A program made the translations under genes and the position numbers. Positions 51,469 to 64,000 of a stretch of DNA of 64,000 bases are shown one piece after another. Under the pieces are notes generated by a model. It was not told the origin of the DNA. It ran no database searches and saw only the letters and a list, made by a program, of their open reading frames with translations. Position 1 is the first letter of the stretch. Every line of letters starts with the position of its first letter. Origin of the DNA: the human T2T-CHM13v2.0 reference genome, Homo sapiens; the NCBI RefSeq assembly GCF_009914755.1, contig NC_060926.1. One strand, written 5' to 3'.

Positions 51469-52358
51469 TATACAGGAAAAGCAAACAGTTTTTCTCTATA
51501 TTCTCAACATTTCTGACACCAAATATGTAAGTGATTTCCCACACCAAGCACTTCTCCAATTCTCTGCAGACAACAAATGTGTGTCCCACAATTCCATTCA
51601 GCTCTAACACTATCTACTTGGAGTTAGTGAGGGATCCACAAGTTAAGAACTCATAAGATGCCCCCACTTCAGATGCCAACTGCAGGCCCCAACTTGCCAC
51701 CTGTACTTCTGACCCACGACTGGCTATAAACTGGGGTTCCCACAACCCCTTTTGCTTGATAATTTCTTACAACAGCTCGCAGAACACAGGGGAACACATT
51801 TACCAGTTTATTCTATCCTAGAGGATAGATAAAAACACAGATGAGCTGCCGGAAGGGGAGATGCATAGGGCGAGGGCTGGAGGGTCCCCAGCACAGGAGC
51901 TTCTGTTCCAGTGGAGTTGGGGGGCACCACCCTCCTGGTTCATGGATGTGTTCACCTGCACAGAATCCCTCCACACCCTGTGCTTGAGGGATTTTTATGG
52001 CGGCTTCATCACAAAGGCAGAATCAATTATTAATTTAATATCCAACTCCTCTCCCCTCCCTGGGGATGGGGGTGGGGCTGAATGTTCCGAGCCTCTGATC
52101 ATGCTGAGGTCTTTCTAGTGAGCAGCCCCCATCCAGGGGCCCACCAAGAGTCACCTCATTAGAACAAAAGATGCACCTATTATCCAGGAAATTCCAAGGG
52201 ATTTAGGAGCTCTGTGTCAGGAACCAAGGTCAAAGACTAAATATTAGAACAAAAGATGCTCCTAGCACGACTATCACTTAGGAAAGTACAAGGGTTTCAG
52301 GAGCACGGTGCCAGGAACTAGGGGCAGAGACCAAAGGTTTATTCTTTATTATATCACA
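51469..52358 (-). mobile_element. MER21-family LTR (MER21B/C-like)
   Basis: atttctgacaccaa...cccccacttcagatgccaa...; internal repeat attagaacaaaagatgc...tttaggagc; ends tatatcaca; flanks ctggg/caggg. Confidence 0.85.
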
Positions 52359-52713
52359 CAGGGCCACACTGACTCCTGTGGTTAACGAGAACCACAGGTG
52401 TATATTTATCAGCTTGTGTGGAAATCTTCTGTGGGCTATTTCATTCTTCTTTTGCATCTCCCCACTACACTTCTCACCGTGCATTTGAATGAATGGTGCT
52501 CACCAATTTACTCCTGTGTGTTCAAAGGACAGCAGTGGAGAGTGAGAGGTTAAGTCCCAGGAAGAAGAGGCTGAAACTCAGAGCTGTTGGGCACCACCGC
52601 AGCGCCACAGGCATCTGTTCTATGGGTAAGATTTGGCAGGGCATGCTGAACTGAAAGAAGGACAATCAACTTAGTGACTCGACAGTGCTCTTTCAGATCA
52701 AGAAAAAGCATTC

Positions 52714-52757
52714 GTGTGTGTGTTTGTGTGTGTGTGTTTGTGCGCGCGCGTGCGCAC
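52714..52757. repeat. (TG)n-(CG)n alternating purine-pyrimidine tract
   Basis: gtgtgtgtgtttgtgtgtgtgtgtttgtgcgcgcgcgtgcgcac. Confidence 0.9.
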
Positions 52758-53865
52758 CTGTGGCCTGTGCCTGTGTGTGTTTTCTAATCCTCCTTCAAGG
52801 AAAATGAGAAAGAGAAGGAAAAAAAGGAAAAAACAAAAACAAAAAAACTCCAACGTTCTCTTAAGCTTGAGTGGCCAACTGCATTCCTCAATCGCAAGTG
52901 TATGAAATGTTTCTGTTTGGGTGGTTTCCTTGAGGAGAAAAGAAGAAACAGCTTCTCTCCATCTATTTATAGTGTCTCTGGGATTGTCCACAATCATGGG
53001 ACCCTTGACATTAATCCACTCTTGTCCCTGGCTCCCAGCAGGAAGAGCCTCAGCCTGAAATCACTGCAGGTTTCAGACAACATGCTCCTGGAAGTCTGCA
53101 CCCACACAGCATCAACTTTTGCATCAAACATCCCCAAAATGAGTAGGAAGAGTCCTGCAAGCTGGCAGTAGAGGCAGAGAAAACCTAGGGCTGAAACCAA
53201 TTGGGATCCCAGGAGTCCTTGGCCAAGATGCAACATGATTCACTAAGGACAATTCTTAAAGGATGCAAGCCTAGGCCCCACTCCCATGGTTCCTTTTGAT
53301 AGGACCCAAGGCATCTGCACTTTACAGAAGTGTCTCAGTGATTCCAGTGTGTTACCAGCGTCACCATACACGACTGAACAGTACTAGGCAGCCTCATGGC
53401 CCTCTCTAGTTAGAACCACTGGTTTTGACCCAGCAAGGCAAGTAGCTTCTATGCAGAAACGTATTTGTATAGGATGGATAAGGGTATGATGACCCTTTAC
53501 CAGCAATGGGAATAGTCATTGTCATTTCTATCTAAGGGCATGGAGAGGGTGGTAAGGAGAGCTTGGGGGCGGGTATGTGCAGGCCACACCACCCAGGAAC
53601 AACTCAAAATATTAACCTGTGGCATATCAACCAGTCAGCAGGGTTCTGCCCAGGATTGACGGACCCAGAGAATCTGAGACTCTTGAACTCTTTAGAGGAG
53701 TGTCAGATTTTCTTTTCTCTCTTTTTTTTCCCGTAAGTACAAGCCTCAAAATATAATCTACCAAAATTTAGGAGGAATGATCAAGAAGACATACTGCTTA
53801 TTATCAATAACCAGCTAAACTCTTCAGCCAACTAGACAAATTGGTGATTAAGAATGTGGATGCTG

Positions 53866-54174
53866 GGCCAGGTGCGGTGGCTCATGCCTGTAATCCCAGC
53901 ACTTTTGGAGGCCAAGGCGGGCAGATCATGAGGTCAGGAGATCGAGACCATCCTGGTTAACACGGTGAAACCCCGTCTCTACTAAAAATACCAAAAAAAA
54001 ATTAGCCAGGCGTGGTGGCAGGTGCCTGTAGTCCCAGCTACTCAGGAGGCTGAGGCAGGGGAATGGCATGAGCCCAGGAAGCAGAGCTTGCAGTGAGCTG
54101 AGATCGCGCCACTGCACTCCAGCCCAGGCGACAAAGCGAGACTCCATCTCAAAAAAGAAAGAAAGAAAGAAAGA
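53866..54174 (+). mobile_element. AluY inserted into a MIR (~53840-54412)
   Basis: AluY diagnostics gagatcgagaccatcctggttaacacgg, gaatggc and gagcttgcag; (GAAA)n tail; TSD core tgtggatgctg. Confidence 0.93.
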
Positions 54175-55134
54175 AGGAGTGTGGATGCTGGTGCCAGACT
54201 GCCTGGTTCAAATCCCAGCACAACCATTTACTGTGTTATCTTGCACAAGTTAATCTCTCTCAGCCTCAGTTTCCCTATTTATAAAAAAGAGATAAAAGTA
54301 GTACCTCCCTCAGAAGGTTGTTGTTGTGAAGAGTCACTTAGATAATATGTACAAAGTGCTTAGAACAGTGCCTGGCCCAGAGTACTGAAAACAATGTTAA
54401 TTATTGTTATTACTGGGGGCACAGTTCTCAAAATTTCTGTCAGTTATTCTCAGGTATCAAGCCCTGAAAAATCAGGATCCAAGGGGACTCTCCCAAGACC
54501 CCTGATGGCAGCAGCAAAATAAAGATGCTCCCTCTTCCAGCCCTTTGGAGGGCCTTAGAAAGAGATTGGGTTAAGAAGCTTCTGGATGGGGCTGGTTGAG
54601 AAAATTATGATACATTAAAATGATGCAATGTGATGTGGTTATGAAAAATAATGGTGAGCATATATGAATATACATGGAAGCTGTCACTCTCCAGTGACTC
54701 CAGGCTGTTTATCAGATGGGTGCTCAGGTGTTCATGGGCGGTCGCCTGGGGACAGTCATTCTCCTCAAGTCTCCTTTCCCCTCTTCAGGTGCCGCGAGGA
54801 CAGGTCCAGGTTGCCTGCAACTAGGGGCTCACCAGCCACCATTCCTGGCCAGGGCTGGGGCAGGGTCTTGTCCGCTCTCCCAGCCATCAAAGACAGGTAC
54901 ATCTGACATAATGTGCAACTTTGGGAACCAGGATTTTCCTGAGATACACCTCTTTCTTCTTCCTCTAACAAAGCTCTTCCAGGCGACCCATGCTTAAAAT
55001 CCAGGGATGGAACTTGCACCAGCTAATAGCGTGGGAAAAGGCTTGGCTGCATGTACACATGTGTGCATGGGGTGACTCCAACGGAGTGTTTGCTAAAATG
55101 TGGTTATCTCTGATAGAGTAGTGGGAGACTATTC

Positions 55135-56770
55135 ATGAGTCTCCTCAGTTCATCCTTCCCAGAGCGCCCTCAGTGCATCCTCCCCAGAGTATCCTCAATC
55201 CATCCTCTCCGAGTCCCCTCAGTCCATTCTTCCCCGAGTCCTCTCAGTCCATCCTCTCCAAGTATCCTCAGTGCATCCTCCCCGAGTATCTTCAGCCCAT
55301 CCTCCCTGAGTCTTCTCAGTCCATCCTCCACGAGTATCCTCAGTGCATCGTCCCCCGAGTCTTCTCAGTCCGTCCTCCGCGAGTATCCTCAGTCCACTCT
55401 TCCCCGAGTCTTCTCAGTCCATCTTCCGCTAGTATCCTCAGTCCATCCTGCCCTGAGTCCCCTCAGTCCATCCTCTCTCAGTATCCTGAGTCCATCCTCC
55501 CCCAAGTCCCCTCAGTCCATCCTCTCCGAGTATCCTCAGTCCATCCTCCCCTGAGTCCCCTCAGTCCATCCTCTCTGAGTATCCTGAGTCCATCCTCCCC
55601 CGAGTCCCCTCAGTCCATCCTGAGTATCCTGAGTCCATCCTCCCCCAAGTCCCCTCAGTCCATCCTCTCCGAGTATCCTGAGTCCATCCTCCCCCGAGTC
55701 CCCTCAGTCCATCCTCTCCGAGTATCCTCAGTCCATCCTCCCCCGAGTCCCCTCAGTCCATCCTCTCTGAGTATCCTCAGTCCATCCTCCCCCGAGTCCC
55801 CTCAGTCCATCCTCTGCGAGTATCCTCAGTCCATCCTCCCCCGAGTCCCCTCAATCCATCCTCTCCGAGTATCCTCAGTCCAACCTCTCCCGAGTCCCCT
55901 CAGTCCATCCTCTCCGAATATCCTCAGTCCATCCTCTCCCAAGTATCCTCAGTCCATCCTCCCCTGAGTCCCCTCAGTCCATCCTCTCTGCGTATCCTGA
56001 GTCCATCCTCCCCCGAGCCCCCTCAGTCCATCCTCTCTGAGTATCCTGAATCCATCCTCCCCCGAGTCCCCTCAGTCCATCCTCTCTGAGTATCCTGAGT
56101 CTATCCTCCCCCGGGTCCCCTCAGTCCATTTTCCCCCGAGTATCCTCAGTCCATCCTCCGCGAGTATCCTCAGTCCATCCTCCGCGAGTATCCTCAGTTC
56201 ATCCTCCGCGAGTCCCCTCAGTCCATTTTCCCCCGAGTATCCTCAGTCCATTTTCCCCCGAGTCCCCTCAGTCCATTTTCCCCCGAGTATCCTCAGTCCA
56301 TCCTCCGCGAGTATCCTCAGTCCATCCTCCGCGAGTAACCTCAGTCCATCCTCCGCGAGTATCCTCAGTGCATCCTCCGCGAGTATCCTCAGTGCATCCT
56401 CCGCGAGTCCCCTCAGTCCATTTTCCCTCGAGTCCCCTCAGTCCATTTTCCCCCAAGTCCCCTCAGTCCATTCTCCCCGAATCCCCTCAGTCCGTCCTCC
56501 CCCGAGTATCCTCAGTGCATCCTCCGCGAGTATCCTCAGTTCATCCTCCGAGAGTATCCTCAGTCCATTTTCCCCTGAGTCCCCTCAGTCCATTTTCCCC
56601 CGAGTCCCCTCAGTCCATTTTCCCCCAAGTCCCCTCAGTCCATTCTCCCCGAGTCCCCTCAGTCCATCCTCCCCCGAGTTTCCTCAGTCCATCCTCCCCC
56701 GAGTCCCCTCAGCCCATTCTCCCTCAAGCCCCCTCAGTCCATTCTTCACCTGAACCACCTCAGTCCTTTC
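55135..56770. repeat. Minisatellite/VNTR, 24-25-bp unit, consensus (AT|CC)CCTCAGTCCATCCTC(C/T)CCGAGT, roughly 65 copies
   Basis: Continuous tandem array with sub-variants; central region alternates 24+25-bp units. Confidence 0.97.
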
Positions 56771-57965
56771 TTCTTTGATGCCCCTCAGCTGACCCCTCTC
56801 TTTGTCCCCTCTGTACCTCCTGCCCTGAGATGCAGCAGTACCTCCAGATGTGTTTTTATGTGTCACCACCTCCTCTGCCTCACAATCCTTTACTGGGTCA
56901 CAAAGAGGATAAGCAAGACGGTCTGAGCCTTGCTCAATCTGCCCTGCCCTGGGCAGGAGACCTGGTTTACTTGTTTTGGTGAGCTGGCCAGCTGTGAGCT
57001 GTTTGTTTGTGGGCTGTGGGATTAGGACTGGACTGTTTTCCTTACTGAGTTGGTGGAGTGGGTTGAGCGGAAGGATTCCAGGCTTAGGATGCCCAGGGCC
57101 TGGCCTGGCCTTTGCTGTCACCTCTCACTGCTGCTTGGGGTCTTAGCTCCAATGAGAAATGTTGAGGATGCTGTTTTTCAGGGCAGGGCAGCTCTCTGGA
57201 CACAGGTAACTAGGTATCCCCCCTGCCCAAGGGGCTAAAACACTCGTAGTCTCTGGGGCTTTTCCCAGGAGTGGGAGTCTTGGAAAACTCAGAGGAAACA
57301 GGAAGGAGAACAGCTCCTGTCTCAGCCCTGGGCTCCCAGTTTAGGCTGCTCCTCCCCAAGGCCTGTCAAAAGCCATTTTCCTTCACCTCCCAGCAGATTC
57401 TCAGCATCCCCAGGACATGCAGTAAGTGGGGTCCTCAAAGGCTCTTTGATCTCCAATCCACGGGAGTGCCAGGCCATAAATATTATGTTACTACCCCCGT
57501 CACCAGCCCTCCAATGCGACAATGTCTGTGCTTTTAATTCGGACTTAGATTAACAATGGTTACGTTCTGTTTAATGATTCCTCTGTCTGGGCTTTTCCTC
57601 TTAACTTGATTGAAAGTTCTTTTAGGATAGACACCATTTTCCCACAGGCAAAAACATAGGTTGAAAATTAACCAGGTGTCCAAACACACTTGTTGAATGA
57701 CTAGGCTGACTGGAAGGACGGACGAATGGACAGATGAATGAATGAACAGATGGCTGGCTGGATGGCAGACATCCTTCGCTGAGGTCTTCCCACAGCAGAA
57801 ATAGTTTTTCTATGCAATAATCTAACACGTATTTAACTTATTATTGCCTGCCACTGTTATGCATCCTTGAGATTCATCACAGTGAACAAAAACAAAACAA
57901 AACAAAATCCCTCCTTTTTGGAACTAATATTCCATTAAGAGAAAACTGTAAACAATAAATGTTTA

Positions 57966-58632
<667 letters not shown>

Positions 58633-59715
58633 CTACCAAGGAAACAACAATAAATAGTAGAACAGGGTAAGAAGGGTTAGGATTTGGGAGGAGGCAGTTT
58701 GTAGCTTATAGAGGAGTCAGAGTGGATCTCACTGAGATGGTAACATCTGAGTAGATTGGAGGGAAGGGAGATGGGGGATCATATGGCTATTTGGGGAAGG
58801 AGTGTTCCAGGGAGTGAACAGGCAGTGCAAAGTTTTTAAAGTGGAGCTTGCCTGGTGTGTTTGAGGAACTGACTGCAGTGAGGTTAGTAGGCAGGAGCAG
58901 AGTAAACAAGGAGGGGAGAGTAGAAGGGGATGAGCTCTGAGAGGTAGTGCTGGGATGGGCTGGGAGATCCCACAAGGCCTTAGGGAAATAGAAAGCCACG
59001 GAAAGGTTTTGAGAAGAGGAGTAATATGATCTGATTTAAATTTTAAAAGCCTCCCTCTAGCTGCTTTGCAGAGGGACAAAGATGGAAGCAGTTAGGAGGG
59101 TATTGCAGTAATCCAGGTGAGAAAGGATGGAAGTTCCAACCAGGATGGGAGCCAGGGAGGTGGAGAGCCCAAACTATTGGAAGGAGTTGCCAACAAGTGA
59201 GATGGAGATGGCTATGAATGAAGGAGGTTCACTAGGTGGGGGTGGGCATGGGGCAGATCAAGAGCTTAAGGTACCATCCAAGTAGGCATCCAAGTTGAGA
59301 TCGAAGCCCAGATACATCAATTTAAATTTGGTTGTCCGTGGTGTTTAATACGCAAGGCCACGGGATTGACTGAGATCACCAAAAGAATCAATATAAATAA
59401 AGAAGAGAAGAGGACTAAGGACTGAGCCCTAGGGAATATCAACCCTAAATGATCAAGGAGATGAGGAGGAACCAGCAAAGGAGACCAAGAAGGAGCAGCT
59501 TGTGAGACAGGAGGGAAACAAAGAGAGCCATGCTGTTCTGGAAGTCAAGTGAAGAATATACATCCTGGAGGAAAAAGGATCAACTGTGTCAAATGAAGCT
59601 GTTAGATCAACTAAGTTGAGGACTGAGACCTGACCCCTGGACCCAGCAATGTAAGGGTTGACAAGAGCAGGCTGTGGAGTATAGGGGCAAAAGGCTGGTT
59701 AGAGTAGGTCTAAGA

Positions 59716-59836
59716 GGCCAGGCACAGTGGCTCACGCTATAATTCCAGAACTTAGGAGCCAAGATTATGCCATTGCACTCCAGCCTGGGCAACAAGAGCA
59801 AAACTCCGTTTCAAAACTAAATAAATGAATAAACAA
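59716..59836 (+). mobile_element. Internally deleted mini-Alu
   Basis: Alu 5' ~40 bp joined to Alu 3' ~55 bp plus tail; degenerate TSD agagtaggtctaaga/acagtgggtctagga. Confidence 0.85.
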
Positions 59837-61469
59837 ACAGTGGGTCTAGGAGAAAATAGGAGGAAACAAACTGCAAGAATGAGCACAGACAACTTTCTGG
59901 AGAAGTTTTGCAGCAAGTAAAAAATCAAACAAAAAGTTGAAGGAGAAAACTTTCAAGGAAAGGTTCTTTTAAAATGGGAGAAGTAATCACATGCTTGTGT
60001 GCTGGTGGGAATGATTCAGGAGAGAATGAACAATGAAGATGTGGGAGAGAAGCAGGCAATATTGTTGGAGTGATATCCTTGAGTAGGTGAGAAGGGATGA
60101 AATCCAGTGTGCAGGTGGAGAGGTTTGCTCTAGAGAGGGGCATGGAAAGTTCATCCCTGTTAGAGTCAAGGAAACAGAAGATACAAGGTCAGATGCTGGC
60201 AGGTGGGGAGTTGTGGTCTGAAGAGGAAAGAAGGTCATCTGCCAGGAGTAATATGGGGGGAAGGTGTTAGGGGTGTGAAGAGAGAAGGGATGGTGTGAAG
60301 TTGTCATCTAGGATAGTGGATGGACTCTGGGACAGAGTGTACGATGACCTGGCAGCAACTACAGGCCTCCTTGAAAATTGTGGGCCTCAATTTAAAGTGA
60401 GATCAGTCACGGGCTTGTATTTTTTTTCCACCAACAAGCATGGAGTAAATGGAGAGTTGGATCTAACCATGGTTATGGTTTTGCCAAAACAGTACAACGA
60501 AATGAGAGGGACAAGGGTGTCAAAGGGATACACAAGGGAGTGATTATGATAATTGACCATGGAATTTAAGTTGCATTCTAGTAAGAAGGGTTTCCATTTT
60601 AGTAAGTGGGAAAATGTGAGGTGTTTTACTTTGCCAAGAGTGAACTGTAGATGGAAAAAGTCTGAGACTCACTGCCTGGAGCCATCATTAACTCGGTGAC
60701 TCCCTGATGATTTAACGGAGGTGAACTGTCTCCCAAACTTGCTCTCATAATTGGCCGGCGAAGAGATATGATGTAATAGATAAGTCAGCGGTGGAACAGG
60801 GAGATTACGAGCTGTCCTGTTTTACCAAACTTGCTGTTACGCTGCCCATGGAGCACCCCATTCGCCCAAAGACACAGTCCTCCCTGCCCCATCAGCAAGC
60901 CTGGCCTCACCGGGAGTAGCTCTAGCAATGTGTCTCAGCCAGGCCTTCAAACTCCTCCAACCTGGGCTGAAGGAGCTCTGCCAGGCAGCTGCCTGTCCCT
61001 GTCCTCTGGCCTCCCTTCATATGGTTGGCCTTTCCCCACCCAATCTGTTAGTCCTGGGATGGCAGTGTCCACTCAGTTCACAGCCTTTGATTCCCAGAGA
61101 TTTCTGATTCTCTTCTTCTGGCTTATAGGACCAAGTCCTTGGCTGCTCTGCCTTACTAGTCTTCCCCATTACTATCCCCCATCCAACATCCAAGCGGGGC
61201 CTCACCAGCCGGTCTCATTCCTACATATTCAGCCCTGGAACAGCTGACTCAGCCTTCCCCTACCACTGGCAGAGAGTCACTTCTAGGCCTGTGTCCAGAA
61301 TCATGATGATGATAATAATAACAGTAGTAACTACTACAATGTAACCACTGAGATGAACCAGATCTACTTTGCTTCCTGCTATGCTCATGTTTCCAGAATG
61401 CAGCATAGAACCTTACACGTTGGAGGTATTCAGTAAATGTCTGAGGAATAAAGGAATAGATGAGTACCA

Positions 61470-61680
61470 TCTATCAAGTGTTTACTAAGCCCCAGAAAGG
61501 GCACCTAAGTCTTGTTCTCATGTTACCTAATTTAATCCTCTAAACAAACTTTAGCAAGGGATAATACTGTCCTAATTTTATGGGTGAGGAAATTGAGATG
61601 CTAAGGAATCATATAGCCAATAAATAACAGAAACAGATGTAAAACCCAGTTCTAGATGTCTTTCAAACCTACTACCCTAT
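61470..61680 (-). mobile_element. MIR SINE
   Basis: tttaatcctctaaacaaac...cctaattttatgggtgaggaaattgag. Confidence 0.65.
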
Positions 61681-62206
61681 ACAAATCTATCCTGTGAGTC
61701 CCCAAGGTCAGTCTGGCCCCACTAAGAACAGAACAAGAGATTACAAATCAGAGCCCCCTGGGCCAAAGCCCTAAGCAGTCAAGCTACATCTCATGATGTG
61801 TTACATAGAAATGGCAAGCCGCTGGCTCCCAGAAATGTTTTGGTTCCCCCTCAGCTCTGGGAAGCCGGGCTCCAATGCGTGACTGCCCAGTCCCCTCAGA
61901 TAACTCTGGACAGAGGGTACTAGCTGACCATCCAGAGCTTTGGCCAAGAACTCTAGAAATTCCTCCCGCTGGTGACCACCTTCAGCCCCTCCCCTCCGCA
62001 GCTGGACCACTGTGCATTCCAGGCAGATGTCTCAGACATGAGGTGGGACTTCAGTGATTTGGCAGGCTGAGTATCTGAAACAGATGAAAAGACTACTAGT
62101 CGTCCCCAAACATCCATTCTCTCTTTAATAATAGAACTTCCAATTTTAGATGGGTAAGTTCTGGGAAACAGAATGACACCAGAAGTCATGTGTACTTTTT
62201 CTAGAT

Positions 62207-62392
62207 CCGTGGTCCTTAACTAGGGGTGATTTTGCCTCCCAGGAGATATTTTACAATGTCTAGATATATTTGTCATTGTCACCACTGGTATCTAGTGGAT
62301 AGTGGCCAGAGATGCTGCTAAACACTGACAGTGCACACTAAAGAGAGTTATCTGGCACAAAATGCCAGCAGTGTCAAGGCTGAGAAATTCAA
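62207..62392 (+). mobile_element. MER20 (hAT-Charlie)
   Basis: ggggtgattttgcctcccagg...gatgctgctaaaca...ggctgagaaa; perfect 8-bp TSD ttctagat (62199-62206 and 62393-62400). Confidence 0.9.
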
Positions 62393-62512
62393 TTCTAGAT
62401 CTTATCCTTAAAAGGAATGCACACGGCCTCCTCTGGTTTTTTCCTCCTCTCCTCCAGGCTACAAGTTGAGGAAAACTGGAGCAATCTCCTTGGACTTAGA
62501 AAATGGAAACTA

Positions 62513-62821
62513 GGCCAGGCGTGGTGGGTCACGCCTGTAATCCCAGCACTTTGGGAGGCTGAGGAGGGTGGATCACGAGGTTAGGAGATCGAGACCAACC
62601 TGACCAACATAGTGAAACCCCATCTCTACTAAAATACAAAAAATGAGCTTGGCGTGGTGACACGCACTTGTAGTCCCAGCTACTCAGGAGGCTGAGGCAG
62701 GGGAATCCCTTGAACTCAGGAGGCAGAGGTTGCAGTGAGCCAAGATTGCGCCACCGTACTCCAGTCTGGGTGACAAGAGCAAAACTCTGTCTAAAAAAAA
62801 AAAAAGAAAGAAAGCAAGAAA
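62513..62821 (+). mobile_element. AluS (Sc-like) element
   Basis: Full dimer; perfect 15-bp TSD agaaaatggaaacta. Confidence 0.95.
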
Positions 62822-63070
62822 AGAAAATGGAAACTACCTGCTTGGGGATGTCAGAACCACAATAACAGCCTTGGATGACCTACCTCTACTATTACCATGA
62901 AAGAGAAATAATCCGCCTTGTATTTTGGGGTCCTTTTGTTATAGTAGCTTAGCCCATACCCCGATATGAGGGATTTTATGAGGCTAAATAGGATTTCAAT
63001 TTAGCATAATTTAGTATAATTCCTTTTTTTCTATCCTCTTTCTCTCTTACCCTTGCTTTTGGTAACACCC

Positions 63071-63582
63071 TGTGATGGGCAGAATAATGGCCCCCTAAAA
63101 TGCCTCTGTCTTAATCTCTGGAACCTGTGAATATGTTAGGTTACATGGCAAGGGGGAATTAAGGTTACAGATGCAATTAAGGTTGCTAATCAGCTGATCT
63201 TAAACTACGGAGGGTATCCCGATTACCCAGAATTGCCCACTGCAATCACAAACATCCTTATAAGTGAAAGGGGGAGGCAAGAGAGGCAGAATCAAAGTGA
63301 CGCAGCATGAGAAGGACTCAACTGGCCATTGCTGGTTTTGAAGATGAAAGGGAGCCACAAGCCAAGGAATGCAGGGAGCCTCTAGAAGCTGGAAAAGGCA
63401 AGAAAACGGCTTCTCCCCTGGAGCCTCCAGAAGGAACCAGTCCTGCAGTCACCTTGACTTTAGCCCAAAGAGACCCCTTTAGGACTTATAACCTTCAGAA
63501 CTGAAGGATAATCAAGTTATATCATTTTAAGCACCAAGTAGTGTGGTGATTTGTTACAGCAGCCAGAGAAAAAGAATATTCA
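63071..63582 (+). mobile_element. MLT1D-like MaLR LTR
   Basis: tgtgatgggcagaataatggcccc...cctctagaagctggaaaaggcaagaaaacggcttctcccctggagcctccagaagga...tttgttacagcagc. Confidence 0.88.
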
Positions 63583-64000
63583 TTGCCTTCTTTCTTTCTC
63601 CTTCCTCTCTCCTCTATCTCTCTTTTCAATCTAGCTTCTGGGGATCTATTCATTTTCTATGAAAGTATGAGCCACTGTGTAGGACAGGCCAAGGCCATAG
63701 TTTGCCTATGTCTGGAGTCTCCTGGAAAGCCCTCACCAGCAGGATAGCCTGTGCACCTGCACATGGAAACAGCAGCCATGCTAATCTGGAGCATGAGTTC
63801 GGTCCAGCAACTCATGAATTTGACTCTAATTTCTTTCATGATATGTTTTCAGAAACACAGATTTCATCAACATCCAAGATCCTGCAGTAAGGAGCCCAGG
63901 CTGCTCTTTATGAATCCCAGGTCATCACTACGTGGTCTGCTTTCCCAAAGGTGCTCTGCCCAAAGCCAAAGGGACCAGTAGGCAACAGCCATGTTAACTG

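Larger units (their letters stand above)
62060..62965 (+). mobile_element. Old MaLR LTR (MLT1J/K-like) split by MER20 and an Alu
   Basis: agaagtcatgtgtactttttctagat|cttatccttaaaagga; catgaaagagaaataa...tattttggggtccttttgttatagtagc. Confidence 0.5.

Noticed and set aside
55135-56770. CRISPR-like repeat array
   Set aside because: There are no unique spacers and the context is eukaryotic; it is a tandem minisatellite.

Overview
Primate, most likely human, non-coding genomic DNA. I found no credible protein-coding exon, RNA gene or CpG island, and I cannot name the locus. The long ORFs in the track come from Alu, simple-repeat or minisatellite sequence. The window contains about 13 Alu or Alu-monomer copies (most with visible TSDs), many MIR and L2 fragments, and LTRs (MER4-like, THE1, MLT2A1, MLT2, MLT1, MER21). 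It also has DNA transposons (MER2, MER5, MER20, MER33, MER53), a ~1.6 kb minisatellite with 24/25-bp units, and several AT-rich blocks dense in homeobox/FOX/POU motifs that look like enhancers. Two things stand out. First, a THE1 LTR plus internal start is fused directly to the 3' part of an MLT2A1 (HERV-L) LTR, inside what looks like one target-site duplication. Second, four local template-switch scars cluster between 12.1 and 22.1 kb, including a 91-bp patchwork built from one inverted and one direct copy of sequences 1.4 and 1.8 kb downstream. Repeat family names come from recalled consensus sequences and need RepeatMasker/Dfam confirmation.
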